A stretch of 57,963 nt of DNA, the filler included, from Jimgerdemannia flammicorona (Eukaryota): the NCBI GenBank assembly GCA_003990765.1. It is 2 parts of 2 records of this genome, joined end to end, with 100 filler letters (N's around TTAATTAATTAA, not from the genome) between each part and the next. Parts side by side here need not be neighbours in the genome. Positions count along the whole stretch, not along the records: positions 1 to 28,941 come from RBNJ01000532.1; 1 more part is not named here. One strand, 5' to 3'. The position numbers and the translations under genes were made by a program. This document shows, piece after piece, positions 8,980 through 19,929 of the stretch (positions are counted from its first letter, which is position 1; the number at the start of each line of letters is the position of its first letter). A model generated the notes under the pieces. It did no database searches and was not told the origin of the DNA. It saw only the letters and a list, made by a program, of their open reading frames with translations.

Positions 8980-11900
8980 TATGAGACCACCAGTATTCCA
9001 TGGATATACCTCAGATAAATCAATTATCACCTTCATTGACAATTTCAAGTAGTATGCTGCTGTAAGGACTCTGACAGTAGCACAGCAAGTAGCCCTCATG
9101 CCCTTCAGCCTACGAGGCCCTGCCAGAGCAGCATTCACAGCTGCAACCTATGCAGAAAATGATGCCGATGCCATACTGACAGCACAGAAGACCTGGCTCC
9201 GAAATACATATTACACAGACGAGATCAAGCAAGCCCTAAAGGATCAGCTCAACACAATATGCCAAGGAATGAGCGAGGATCCAAACACATTCTATACTAG
9301 AATTCGATATCAGATAATCCTTGCAGATTATGCTGCTGCCATCCGAGATCAAGTAGCCGAAGCAACCTTCATAAAAGGAGTCCATCCAGAAATAGCCATG
9401 GCCATCCACTCATCACCAGTGATTCTGGATCTACCACAGAAGGTCACCTATGCTCAGTGATACTGGATAGTGAGACACCCACAAGACCATACAATGGAGA
9501 GAGTTACAGGAGTCAGAATCAAGGCACCCAAGGCAACCAGTGTGATCTCCACCACAATGATCAATTGAAACACACCTCAGCCAAAAGCTACAGAGCAGCA
9601 AAAGAACAGTGACCCTATGGAGGAACTTGCCAAAAGATTTGCTAAAATGACTGCCCATCTGGGAGATATGGTAAAGGAAATCTGAGGAAGAGATTACTGC
9701 CCTGTTCAGAAGTTTGCCGCCACCTCAGACAAGAAGAAAGGTACCTGCTACAGCTGTGGAGAAGAAGGCCACTACTCCTACAAATGTATGAGTGAAACCA
9801 AATGCAAGACTCAACCAAGCAATGTCACACGAAACAAGGAGCAGGCCAATACAATCATCTTTGAAGAAATCGGAGAATCCGATGAAGAGGAATGGGAGGC
9901 CTATCCTGCTCAGACCACCAAGAAGGATGCTCACAAAGAACCCTACAAGAGACCGCCAGGAAGACCCAAGAAGAACCCAGTGGAAAAGTAGATGGAAACT
10001 GCCACAGAAAGTCAAGCCGAAGAGATGGACCAAGATATTGAGCTGGAGCAAGCAGTTCAAGATATCATTCAAGAAACTACTCCAGCCAGTGAAGGGGAAA
10101 AAGAAAAGAAGCTTCGTAAGATCAAGACCTTCAAATATGATATCTTCAAGGATCTCAGTCAACAAAAGGTCAATGCAACCTTTGGTCAGCTCGCAGAAAT
10201 CCCAATATTCAGACAGCAAATGAGGTTTAGACTTGCCAAAACAACCAAGGAACAAGGATGGAAGATAACCAAGGCCAATAATGTTCAAGAGGACTCAGGA
10301 GAAGAAAGTGAGGACAATCACAAAACCTCTGCTTATGCAACATACCAAATTGAGGATCGAGTCTTTAAAGCCATCATTGACACAGGAGCAGGAGGATGTC
10401 TCCTCAGTAAGAAGGCAGCAGACCACCTAGGTTGGGATGTGGAAGAAGCAACTAAGCTAGTATTTGTCACAGCCAATGGCACAAGAGCCACACCTCTGGG
10501 AAAGATCTGAGATGTTCCCATCAAGATTGGAGGAACAACAATCCCAGTAGATGTAATTGTAACCAATGCCACCAACTATGACATCCTCATCAGCAATTAA
10601 TGGCTTTACAAAGCCAAGACAGTAATTGATCTCAATACTCAAAAGATGCAAATCACCTACCAGGGACAGAAGATACGAATTCCCATCAACATCAACAAAG
10701 GAGTCCTACCTGATATGGAGGAAAAAGAGAGTGAGCAAGAGGAAGCTTATATGGTGACTACCCCAAAGAAGAAGAAAGTCAGATGGATGAGTGAAGAAGA
10801 ATGGTGCAAGAAGATTGCAAAAGGCTATGCCACACAAGGAGTCTGTCCTCATGGAATCAAGATGTACTGTATGGAGCATATCAATGATTGCTACCAGTAC
10901 ACCATCAGAACCAGGAAGATCTACCAGAAAAGAAGCCAGAAAGCTCTCGAAAAACAGATCAGAGAAGAAGAGAAGGAGGAAGATAACGAACCACCAGCCC
11001 TCCTGGAGGATAGTGATGATGAAGAAGAAATCAAGGTCAAGATTCAAAAGATCCACCCTGATGCAGTCTTGCTAGAATATAAGTCAGAAAATGCAGCTGG
11101 AATGGACATCGCTATAGTAGAAGAAACTGTACTGGAACCCCAGATAACCATCCTACTCACAACTGGACTAGAGATGACCATCCCAAAGGATCATGTCAGG
11201 ATTCTCAAGACAAGAAGCAGCCTGGCTAGAAGTGAAATCACAATCGAAGGAGGAGTCATTGATTCAGACTATACTGGAGAAATTCTACTCATTGCTAGGA
11301 ACCACAATCCTACAATTCTATTCCCAGTCAAAAAGAAGGACCGATTGGCATAAATATTGATCTTCCCAATCATACAGCCAAGAATCATAGAAGTCAAGAA
11401 TCTGGAGGAGATGAAAAGAGGAAAGAAAGGATTCAGATCGATAGAAAGAAGAGTATTTGCCAGCACCAAGATCACTGAACTTGAGCATAAGAAGGAGGAA
11501 AACATGAGCAAGCACAGTTATATCATTGGAGGCGAATTCCCACTCAAGGAGGAACTCAAGAAAATACTCCACAAATTCGAGGATATTCTTGCCATAGATT
11601 TCAAGGATATCAAGGGAAAGACCCCACACTACTATTATGAGGTAGATACCAGAGACACTGAACCAATTTACCAGAAGGCAAGACCTGTCCTGCCAGCCTA
11701 CCGAGAATGGCTCAGAGAAGAAATCAAGCAGATGGAAGAAGCCAGCATCATCAAAGAAGCCAGTAGCCCCTGGTCTTCACCAGTCATACTAGCCCCAAAA
11801 AAAGGAAGCAAACCTGGAGAATTTGCCCCAAGGCTCTGTATCGACTACAGAAAGCTCAATGTAGTTACCAAGAAGGATCGTCAACCACTACCGCTCATCA

Positions 11901-12966
11901 GTGACATTCTTATAACACTAGGAGACGAAGTACAGTACTACAGCACCCTGGACTTATACTCAGGATTCCACCAAATTGGACTCACAGAAATGGCAAGTGA
12001 AAAGTCAGCCTTCATCACCCCAGACAGAACCTACATCTACCTACGAATGCTATTCGGAATGTACAATACACCAGCAAGCTTTCAGCAAATGATGAACAAA
12101 ATCTTCCACTATGATATGGGAAGATGGATAATGGTCTATGTCAATGATGTAATCATCTACAGCAAGACACCTGAGGAACATCTACAGCACATACAGCAGA
12201 TAATGGAGAGACTAAGACAATATGGCCTTTATATCAAACCCAAAAGTGCAAGTTTGTGGAAATTGAGATCTCCTATCTTGGCCATATCATCAATCGAGAT
12301 GGAACACACATGGACCCCCTCAAAATACAAGCAGTAGCAGCATATTCAAGGCCCACTACTGTCACAGAAGCCCAAGCCTTCATGGGACTTGTCTCCTACT
12401 ATCGCAGATTCATTAGAGGATTCTCCAACATCACAGGCCCAATCTACGAACTCAATAAGAAGGATACCAAGTTCCAGTAGACTGGTAGACAACAAAAAGC
12501 ATTTGACGAACTCAAGGTCAGACTAACTCAGGCACCCATCCTCAGATAACCCAATTGGACCCAAGAATTTATCCTTCAAACAGATGCAAGTGCACAAGGA
12601 CTGGGAGCAGTCCTAGCTCAAAAAGAAGACAAAAAAGAGTATATCATTGCATATCTTAGCCGCAGAACCCAAGGAGCTGAAAAAGAATACGAGTCCTACA
12701 AGTTGGAATGCCTTGCAGTCATCTGGGCTGTGGAAAAGTTCCACTACTATCTGGCCGGAAGACACTTTACCATCCAGACAGACCACTCAGCTCTTACCTG
12801 GCTACTGACAACTAGACAACCCAAGGAAATCTATGCCAGATGGATAATGAAGTTACAAGCCTATAATGTAACCATCATACACCGCCCTGGAAGAACAAAT
12901 TCCAATGCAGATGCTCTCTCACAGATACCTCGAACTACCTCTAACCAACAAATCAATCATGAATAA
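8980..12966 (+). pseudogene. gag-pol of family A: Gag with CCHC knuckle, aspartic protease, dUTPase, RT, RNase H
   Basis: CYSCGEEGHYSYKC; IIDTGA; AAGMDI/RSSLA/GGVIDSDYTGEI; RLCIDYRKLN, YVNDV; TDAS, TDHSAL, NADALS. Confidence 0.93.
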
Positions 12967-13803
12967 GGAGCTCTACTATGGAATCATCACATACCTGAGG
13001 CAGCGAAAGATGCCCCAACATCTGGAAGAATGGACACAAACAATTATCAACAGAACATGGAAACAATTCAAAACCGACAGAGAAATACTGAAGAAAGGAA
13101 AACTACTAGTCATACCAGAACACAAGAAGGAGCAAGTGATGAAATCAGTACACGAACTTGGCCATCTAAGAGGAATGAATACATATGATAAGGCAAGAAG
13201 AACAATATGGTGGCCAGGGATGGAGGAAGATATCAGACAATTTGTCAAAACATGTAATAAATACCAGAAATAGAACAAGACCAATGAAATCAAGCCCCAG
13301 GATCAGCACACATAGAACCAGTACTATTTGCCCATATAGCAATAGATGTAATTGGTCCTCTACCCTTGATCCTGACTGGTAACCGATATATCATTATCAT
13401 CGTAGACCTTTTTACAAAGTGGATAGAAGCAGGACCCCTCAAGGAAGCCAACACACAGTCAATTGCTGATTTCTTCTACAAGGAAATCATCTGCCAGTTC
13501 AAGACCCCAACACAAGTAACTACAGATAGAGGAACAGAATTCATGAACCAGCTCTTTGAGGTTCTCTATAAGAAGTACAAGATCCAGCACATTCAGACCA
13601 CAGCCTATCACCCCCAAGAAAATGGACAAGTAGAAAGAACCAACAAAACCCTCAAGAATATTATTGTCAAGATCTGTGATAACTACGAGAACTGGAATTA
13701 CTATCTGCCAATAGCATTATCTACTCTCCAGGATATCCAATCACAAAGTACCCACTTTACTCCTCAAGAAATGCTGTTCAGAGAAAAATATTCTCAAGGA
13801 ATC

Positions 13804-15865
13804 TGTAAGGTGGTTACTTTTTAGGGTAACCATTACGTAGTTCTAGAAAGGTTTTCTGGATATTCTGGATATTCTGGAAGACCGTTTTCTTATGGTCAAG
13901 ATCAATTTCATATGGAGTACATCCTCTACGCTTATTGATTTCAAGATCGGATTGACGTCTCAACCAAAGTCCTTTTTCGGACTAGTTCTGGATGTTCAGG
14001 ATTTTCTATATTTCAGGAAGTTCAAGAAACTAAGACTAGCTTAGTTGAATTGGCGTATCGCTGCAGACAATACCCAATTAGGAAATTTTATGATGGGGTT
14101 AGAAGTGGGACCTAACAGGGAGCAGATTTACTTAAAAGTGGTTTGTGGGTTATGGAATAAGTTTATTTGTTATTCATGATATTACTATACTAGGAGTATT
14201 AGTGTGAAGGAATATTATGGGGAAGTATTCAGGAATGTTCTTGTGTGTTTGAGTCTGAGATTCTGAGGTCTGGGGGAGGGGGTATTTATACTAGTGAGGG
14301 GCTATCTGGACTATGCTAGATATGGATGTAGCACTAAGTGCTTTGCTGAGTCAGAATGCAGTCACATAGTACAAGTGTGATCTGACATGTCAAGAGATCA
14401 TCTGACTACTGAGTCAGTTTACAGTCACATCGTATAAGGCTAATCTAACTATACTATGACTGCTAGGCTATTTATAGGTTTAGGCACTGTCTGGGTAGTC
14501 TTCGATAACATTACCATCGATTGCATCATCTCTGATGAAGTAGTCATCTAGGAAGAGTGGTTTACAGATTATTTCTCCTTGTTCGCTGAGATAGTAATAC
14601 ATTGGGACTTCATCTCCATTCCACAGGATAGCATCGTCTGTCTCGTAGGCTGGATAAGGTGTTGGTGGGCAAAAGATAGATGTATTGTCTTCGCTTTCAT
14701 CAGATTCACTGTCTGCATACCTTCTATAGGTTATAGCACTATGAGTTGCAGGATTGTAGTAAGCTGGTGGCTGTGGTTCATGTCACTCATACTCAGGTGG
14801 TGGAGTGGTTGGTTCAATCTCGAGGGTTATCTGGAGGTACAAGTTGTGTTCTCTGGTCTCTTCATTGTAGTTGAAGTAGTCAGGGGTAAATGTGGGTTGG
14901 TATTTGTGCCAGTGGTCATTGTCCCAATAAATCTCGTATATTGTTATGAATTGTTGTAAGTTCATTGGTAAAGTTGGCGGAGTGATCAGGGTTGGCAGAG
15001 ATCCTTGGCTAGAGGTCATGTCGGCATCAGAGAGATCATTGTCTTCTGCTTCATCTTCATCGAAGTGGATTATATCATAGATGTCCTTCATGGCATATCC
15101 AACTTGGGACATTTGCAGGATTTGATCATTAGGGTGTGGGAAGGTTCTGTCTGTGGTTTCAACATACTCGAGGTACTTGTGGTTGAGTTCTTGTATCATA
15201 TCATCAATTTGGCCATAGGACAGGGCAGCAACCATTTCGCTGGTAGTAACTCGGAGGCAGGGAATAATAGTGCTGTACTCATAGAAGAGTTCTCGATATT
15301 TGCGGGCGATGAGCTTCTGGTGTTGAGACATCTGGGTAATATCTGTATTATGGTAGTGTTCACCCATATCTTTCAGAAGGCAGCTGATCTGGTAGTAGCT
15401 TGAGATTTGTCCAATTTGGTGGGCCTTGCTAAGCATGTTCAGAGCATTTCATCAGGCTTCCACAAAGTAGAGGGGTGCCAGGCTATGGATATTCATGAGG
15501 GGCAGAGGGGGTGTGGCTTGGTTGACAATGGCATTCCAAATGTCAGCACGGATACGGTTGTAGATCATGGTGGTCATGTTTGTATGTTTGGAAGTTGTGG
15601 TTGTTGTTTGTTTTGGTTCTCTGATTCAATGTGTCTCAGTGCTCGATATATATGCATTTGGTCCTGATTGGTAAGATTTCGTTTGTATAAATCTTGTGTT
15701 CTGTGACTTTGTATTGACTCAGCTTTGTGTGCTGTGACTTCGGTTTGACTCAGCTTTGTGATCAAGCAGGTGATTTCCAGATTTGTTTGGAGGTCTCGTG
15801 TGATTTCAGTGGCTTGTTCAGAGAGTAATGTATAATTTTGGTGGCTTGGAGGTTGTGCGCTTACA
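13804..15865 (-). mobile_element. Family C solo LTR (2062 bp) containing a long ORF
   Basis: tgtaag...cttaca ends with a 5-bp TSD gaatc/gaacc. TATA (~14285) and aataaa (~14165) on the minus strand. No pol. Confidence 0.85.
14480..15577 (-). pseudogene. LTR-encoded accessory protein, family C (~365 aa)
   Basis: Single frame ATG..TAA with three TGA codons, all plausibly CGA. Similar to ORF3 of A and the LTR ORF of B. Confidence 0.75.
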
Positions 15866-16207
15866 GAACCCTATCATCCAATGGAGATGCTGTATGGAAA
15901 TATATGAACATGGAAATATGGAGACTACACCAAATCAGGAAGAAGGCTGAGGATTACATAACCAAGGTGCAGACACTACAATGGAGGAATGCAGAAAAGA
16001 TCCACAAGCTCTTGGAGATTATCAAGATAGGAGACAAGGTCCTGGTGTATCGGAACATGGTAGAAGCTTCATAGTCACGAAAACTGGAGCCCAAGTAGGA
16101 AGAACCTTACCTTGTGCAAGATATAAAAGGGATCACCTTTTGGCTACGAAAACCCTCAGGTACAATAATCCCCACCACCATTCACCAAAACCAACTCAAG
16201 AAATATC

Positions 16208-16669
16208 ATGGCCAGTAACAAAAGTACCATGATGGCACTCAAGATCACTAGTGCTACTCAAAGAGCCATCGAAAGACAATGGTACACCACCGAGCCTCTG
16301 ACCATAGAGCCATACTATGAGAATATTCAGAGTATTGTGCAGACTTATCTCTCTCAGATCTTCCACTTTAGAGCCTATCAATATCGGGCAGAATTCCAAG
16401 AGTACTTCAAGCTTGGATAGGTGCTCAATCAGGATCCAGCAAAGACCAAAGAGGACTGGATTGCCGAGTGTCAACTCTCCCACTCACAGATCACTATTGC
16501 CAACAGGATCCACAAGTTATTCCAAGAAGATGAACCAGCAATAGACCACCTAAGAGGAGTAACCCCCACTGACTTTGAGAAAGTGAGGAGACATCATTGG
16601 GAAACAGTCATGCAGCAAATTGCACAGTACAAGACCATACAGACAGTTGAAGTCTGGGAGTTTGAATAG
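16208..16669 (+). pseudogene. Accessory ORF3 of family A (~153 aa)
   Basis: Two in-frame ORFs joined by one TAG (likely TGG). The ATG overlaps the integrase end. Ends just before the PPT. Confidence 0.75.
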
Positions 16670-16706
16670 ATGCCTCAGAGATGAGACCATCTATTCAGGA
16701 GGAAGT

Positions 16707-17173
16707 TGTAATGGTATAGCCGAATTAGGAAGAAGGAAATAGAGAATAGACACTTGATCACACCCATTCCCAAAGTAGTATAGCTTTATAGTTAGCAGTC
16801 CTTGATTTTGACATTGTGTAAATTCTTAGACATTATCCAAATCGAATATCCCGATTTAGTATAGCATTTAGACATTATCCAAATATTTTGACATTGTCTA
16901 AATGACTCATAACTTAGCTGCATAACTCAGTAGCCATCTCATAGCTAGCAAACTTGTATAAATAACCCAATATCTTCGAGTGAATAAACCTCAGATCGAA
17001 ATAGTTCAAAGCAAAGAGATAGCAAAGGAACTAGTAAGTCTGCAGACAGATATACTTCGAACTCACCCACCCTCTCCCACAACTTCAAGAGACTCTGCAA
17101 GAGTCAGAACAGTCAAGTTTTCAAGATACAGAAATCTGATGTACTTTCAAGAGTAAGCACCTGCTACATTACA
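16707..17173 (+). repeat. Family A 3' LTR
   Basis: TG...CA ends; direct repeat of 8394-8860. Confidence 0.93.
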
Positions 17174-17656
17174 ATAAATACCCCCTCTCTCAGATCTCAG
17201 AATCTCAGACTCAAATATATAACAACTTTTGAATACTTCTCACAATACTCCTTTATATAACTACTCCTAGTATAGCAATAATATAAATAGCAAATAAACT
17301 TATTTAATAACCTACAAACTACTCTTAAGTAAATATATACCCTATTAGGTCTCACTCCTAACTATATCATGAAATTTCCTAATAGGGTATTGTCTACAGT
17401 GATATGCTAATTCAACTAAGCTGGTCTTAGTTTCTTAAACTTTCTGAAATATAGAAAATTCTAAATATTTAGAACTAGTTCAAATAAGGACTTTGGTTGA
17501 GATATCAATCTAATCTTGAAATCAATAAGTATAAAAAATATACTCTATATAAAATTGATCTTGACTTAAAGAAAACAGTCTTTCAGAATATCCAGAACTT
17601 CCAGAAAACTTTTTCAGAACTATGTAACAGTTACTCTAACAAGTAACCCTCTTATA
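17174..17656 (+). mobile_element. Degenerate 3' half of a family-C-like LTR (target of element A)
   Basis: Reverse complement of 13804-14290 with many C>T and G>A changes. Confidence 0.85.
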
Positions 17657-18264
17657 ATTTTTCTTTAAAATATATAATATATATTTATTTAATAATAAAA
17701 CTATTACTTATTATAGTTTATAAATTTATAACTAAAATTTATTAAAAAATATATATATAATTAAAAATTAAAGATATAAAAACTCTTATATACTAATAAT
17801 AAGATTAATATTATTAATATATTTAATATATTTAATTAAAATAAAAATCAATATATAAATTAAATTAAAAGTTTAATTTAAATATATTTATATAAAAAAT
17901 ATATATTCAAATTTAATAAATTTAGTTTATTGAATTTATTTTATATTAATAAATTTAAAATATATATTAAAAATATTAAATTTAAATATATTTCATTAAA
18001 TTATTATACTTTAAAGTTTAAATAAAAAATTTATATTAAATTAAAACTCTAATTTAATTAAAAGTATTAATTATATTATATTTATATTATATTTATAATA
18101 TAAATATATTTTATTATTTTAAATTAAATTTATTTAATAATTTTTAAAAAAGTAATAATTTTTATAAACTTTCAATATTTAAATTAAATCTATAAATTAA
18201 GTTTATTTTTTTAAACTCTAATCTAAAATAATATATTTAATTAATTATACTTTAATATTTTTTA

Positions 18265-18539
18265 TCCCTTTGACTGTTTTGCACCTATATTTAGAGGCAA
18301 GATTTTAAAAGTTTATAACTTTTAAAATTATAATAGCTTTTAAAAAAAATTTACCAATAATTTTTTATATAATAATTCTACCTTTGGTAAAAATTTTACA
18401 AAAAAAAAAAAAATTTGTTTTTAAACAAATTGAGATATATTTTTAATAGAAAAACAATGTTTCAAAAAATCATTTTTTTCAAACTTTAATTTGTCTGCTA
18501 AATGATTTTAAAAGATGATCTTATCTACAGACAAAGGGA
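18265..18539. mobile_element. Probable MITE with TA flanks
   Basis: TIR tccctttgactgt / acagacaaaggga, flanked by TA on both sides. Confidence 0.55.
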
Positions 18540-19929
18540 TATACTTATTTTTAAAAATTATAAACTTTTGTATTTTCAGTTATAATATTAATAAATTTAT
18601 TTTTTAATAATACTTAAGTTAATCTTAATAATAAATTTAGTCTTTTATAAACTATATTATCTTATTAATAAATATTCTATAAATATTTATAATAAAGTTA
18701 AGTTACTTATTTAATAATTCTGATAAAATAAAAATAGCTCATTACTATAGAATCTTAACTAAGATATTGTATATCTGTTTTATGTTACTCATATTTATAG
18801 ATAATGCTATGAGCCAGTATGAGATTTGTGTAGAAATGTGTGATACATATATACAGACATAATGTATTACCCTTTATATGTAATTATCTGGTATGACCAC
18901 CCCGTCAATGATACGAAAAGTGTTTTTTTTTTTTTTTTTTTTCCGAAAACACTGTTGGGGTTACAGATTTCCGGGTGCATGGTATGATGACGTTAGAGTG
19001 TTGAGCCCACCCATCGAGCGACAAACTGGGTATGTTGAGAGAGGGATGGATGCGTCGGAGCTAAGAATTTGAAAACGGCTATTTTGTCAAACTGCTGTTG
19101 ACAGTTGACAGTTTATGTCATGACTTTTGAAAGCAATGATTTCGACTGGACTTGCCTTGAGATCCAGTATTAGAGCATTGGTGGATCCGATCTCATCTGA
19201 CATGCCACGCCCAAAAGTTGACAAAAGACTGTTCTTTCAAAGTAGTTGGTGAACATGGCGCCACGCACTTGACATAATGGGTATGGGCATAGTGTATCTG
19301 TACTGTGGGTCTATCGAATCCATCTTTTCATTACCACAAGGAGAAACAAGGATGTGCGCTTGTACCAGGTGTGAAAAGCCACGTGTTTCACGTGAATCGT
19401 TGATGAGTCGCCTGGAGATAGATGTAATTAATATTGGATGGATCCCAATCTCCATTATCATCATTTTTATCATTTTTACACAGAAGAGGATTGTGTCATT
19501 AAGAAACCACCCTCCAAGGGCCGATTCCACAAACAAGCAAACTATGGAACTTGTGTCCAAATGCTGAGCGATTCTTTCGCAATGTGGTTGTGGATTGGTT
19601 CGAGGATGGATGTGTTTACGTTTGCGTCAATTCACTGGTTGGCAGGCTGTGATGAGCTACTTACACAGACCTGTGGTCCTGTGGTTTACAAGGGTAGTGA
19701 TCGTGCACATGGCACGCCTACGTCAGGGTTGGGGGGCGGTGACTTGATATGTGGTCTCCGACACTAGGGCACTAGGCCTGAGCTTGAAACGCAGGACGCT
19801 CCTTTCACTCCCCAAACACCAAAATAATTCCCGCCCTTTGTGACTTCCCATTCATTGCCTTGTAACTTCACAACAAGACACGTCACCTCTCCTCCTCTTG
19901 CTACTCTTTCCGACTTCCTCTCTACAATA

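Larger units (their letters stand above)
12959..16218 (+). pseudogene. Integrase of family A, interrupted by the solo LTR at 13804-15865
   Basis: HELGH..C zinc finger, VDLFTKW, TDRGTEF, NGQVER and a GPY/F-like tail. The frame is restored when the insert and one TSD are removed. Confidence 0.9.
8394..17173 (+). mobile_element. Ty3/Gypsy LTR retrotransposon family A, full length, degenerate (gag-PR-dUTPase-RT-RNaseH / IN / ORF3)
   Basis: 467-bp LTRs at 8394-8860 and 16707-17173, PBS tggtgcccattgg at 8864, PPT aggaggaag before 16707, 4-bp TSD ATAA. Confidence 0.95.

Noticed and set aside
14579..15403. Hydrophobic plus-strand ORFs as env-like membrane proteins (also antisense ORFs in the B LTRs)
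   Set aside because: Antisense shadows of A-rich coding strands. The conserved frame is on the opposite strand.
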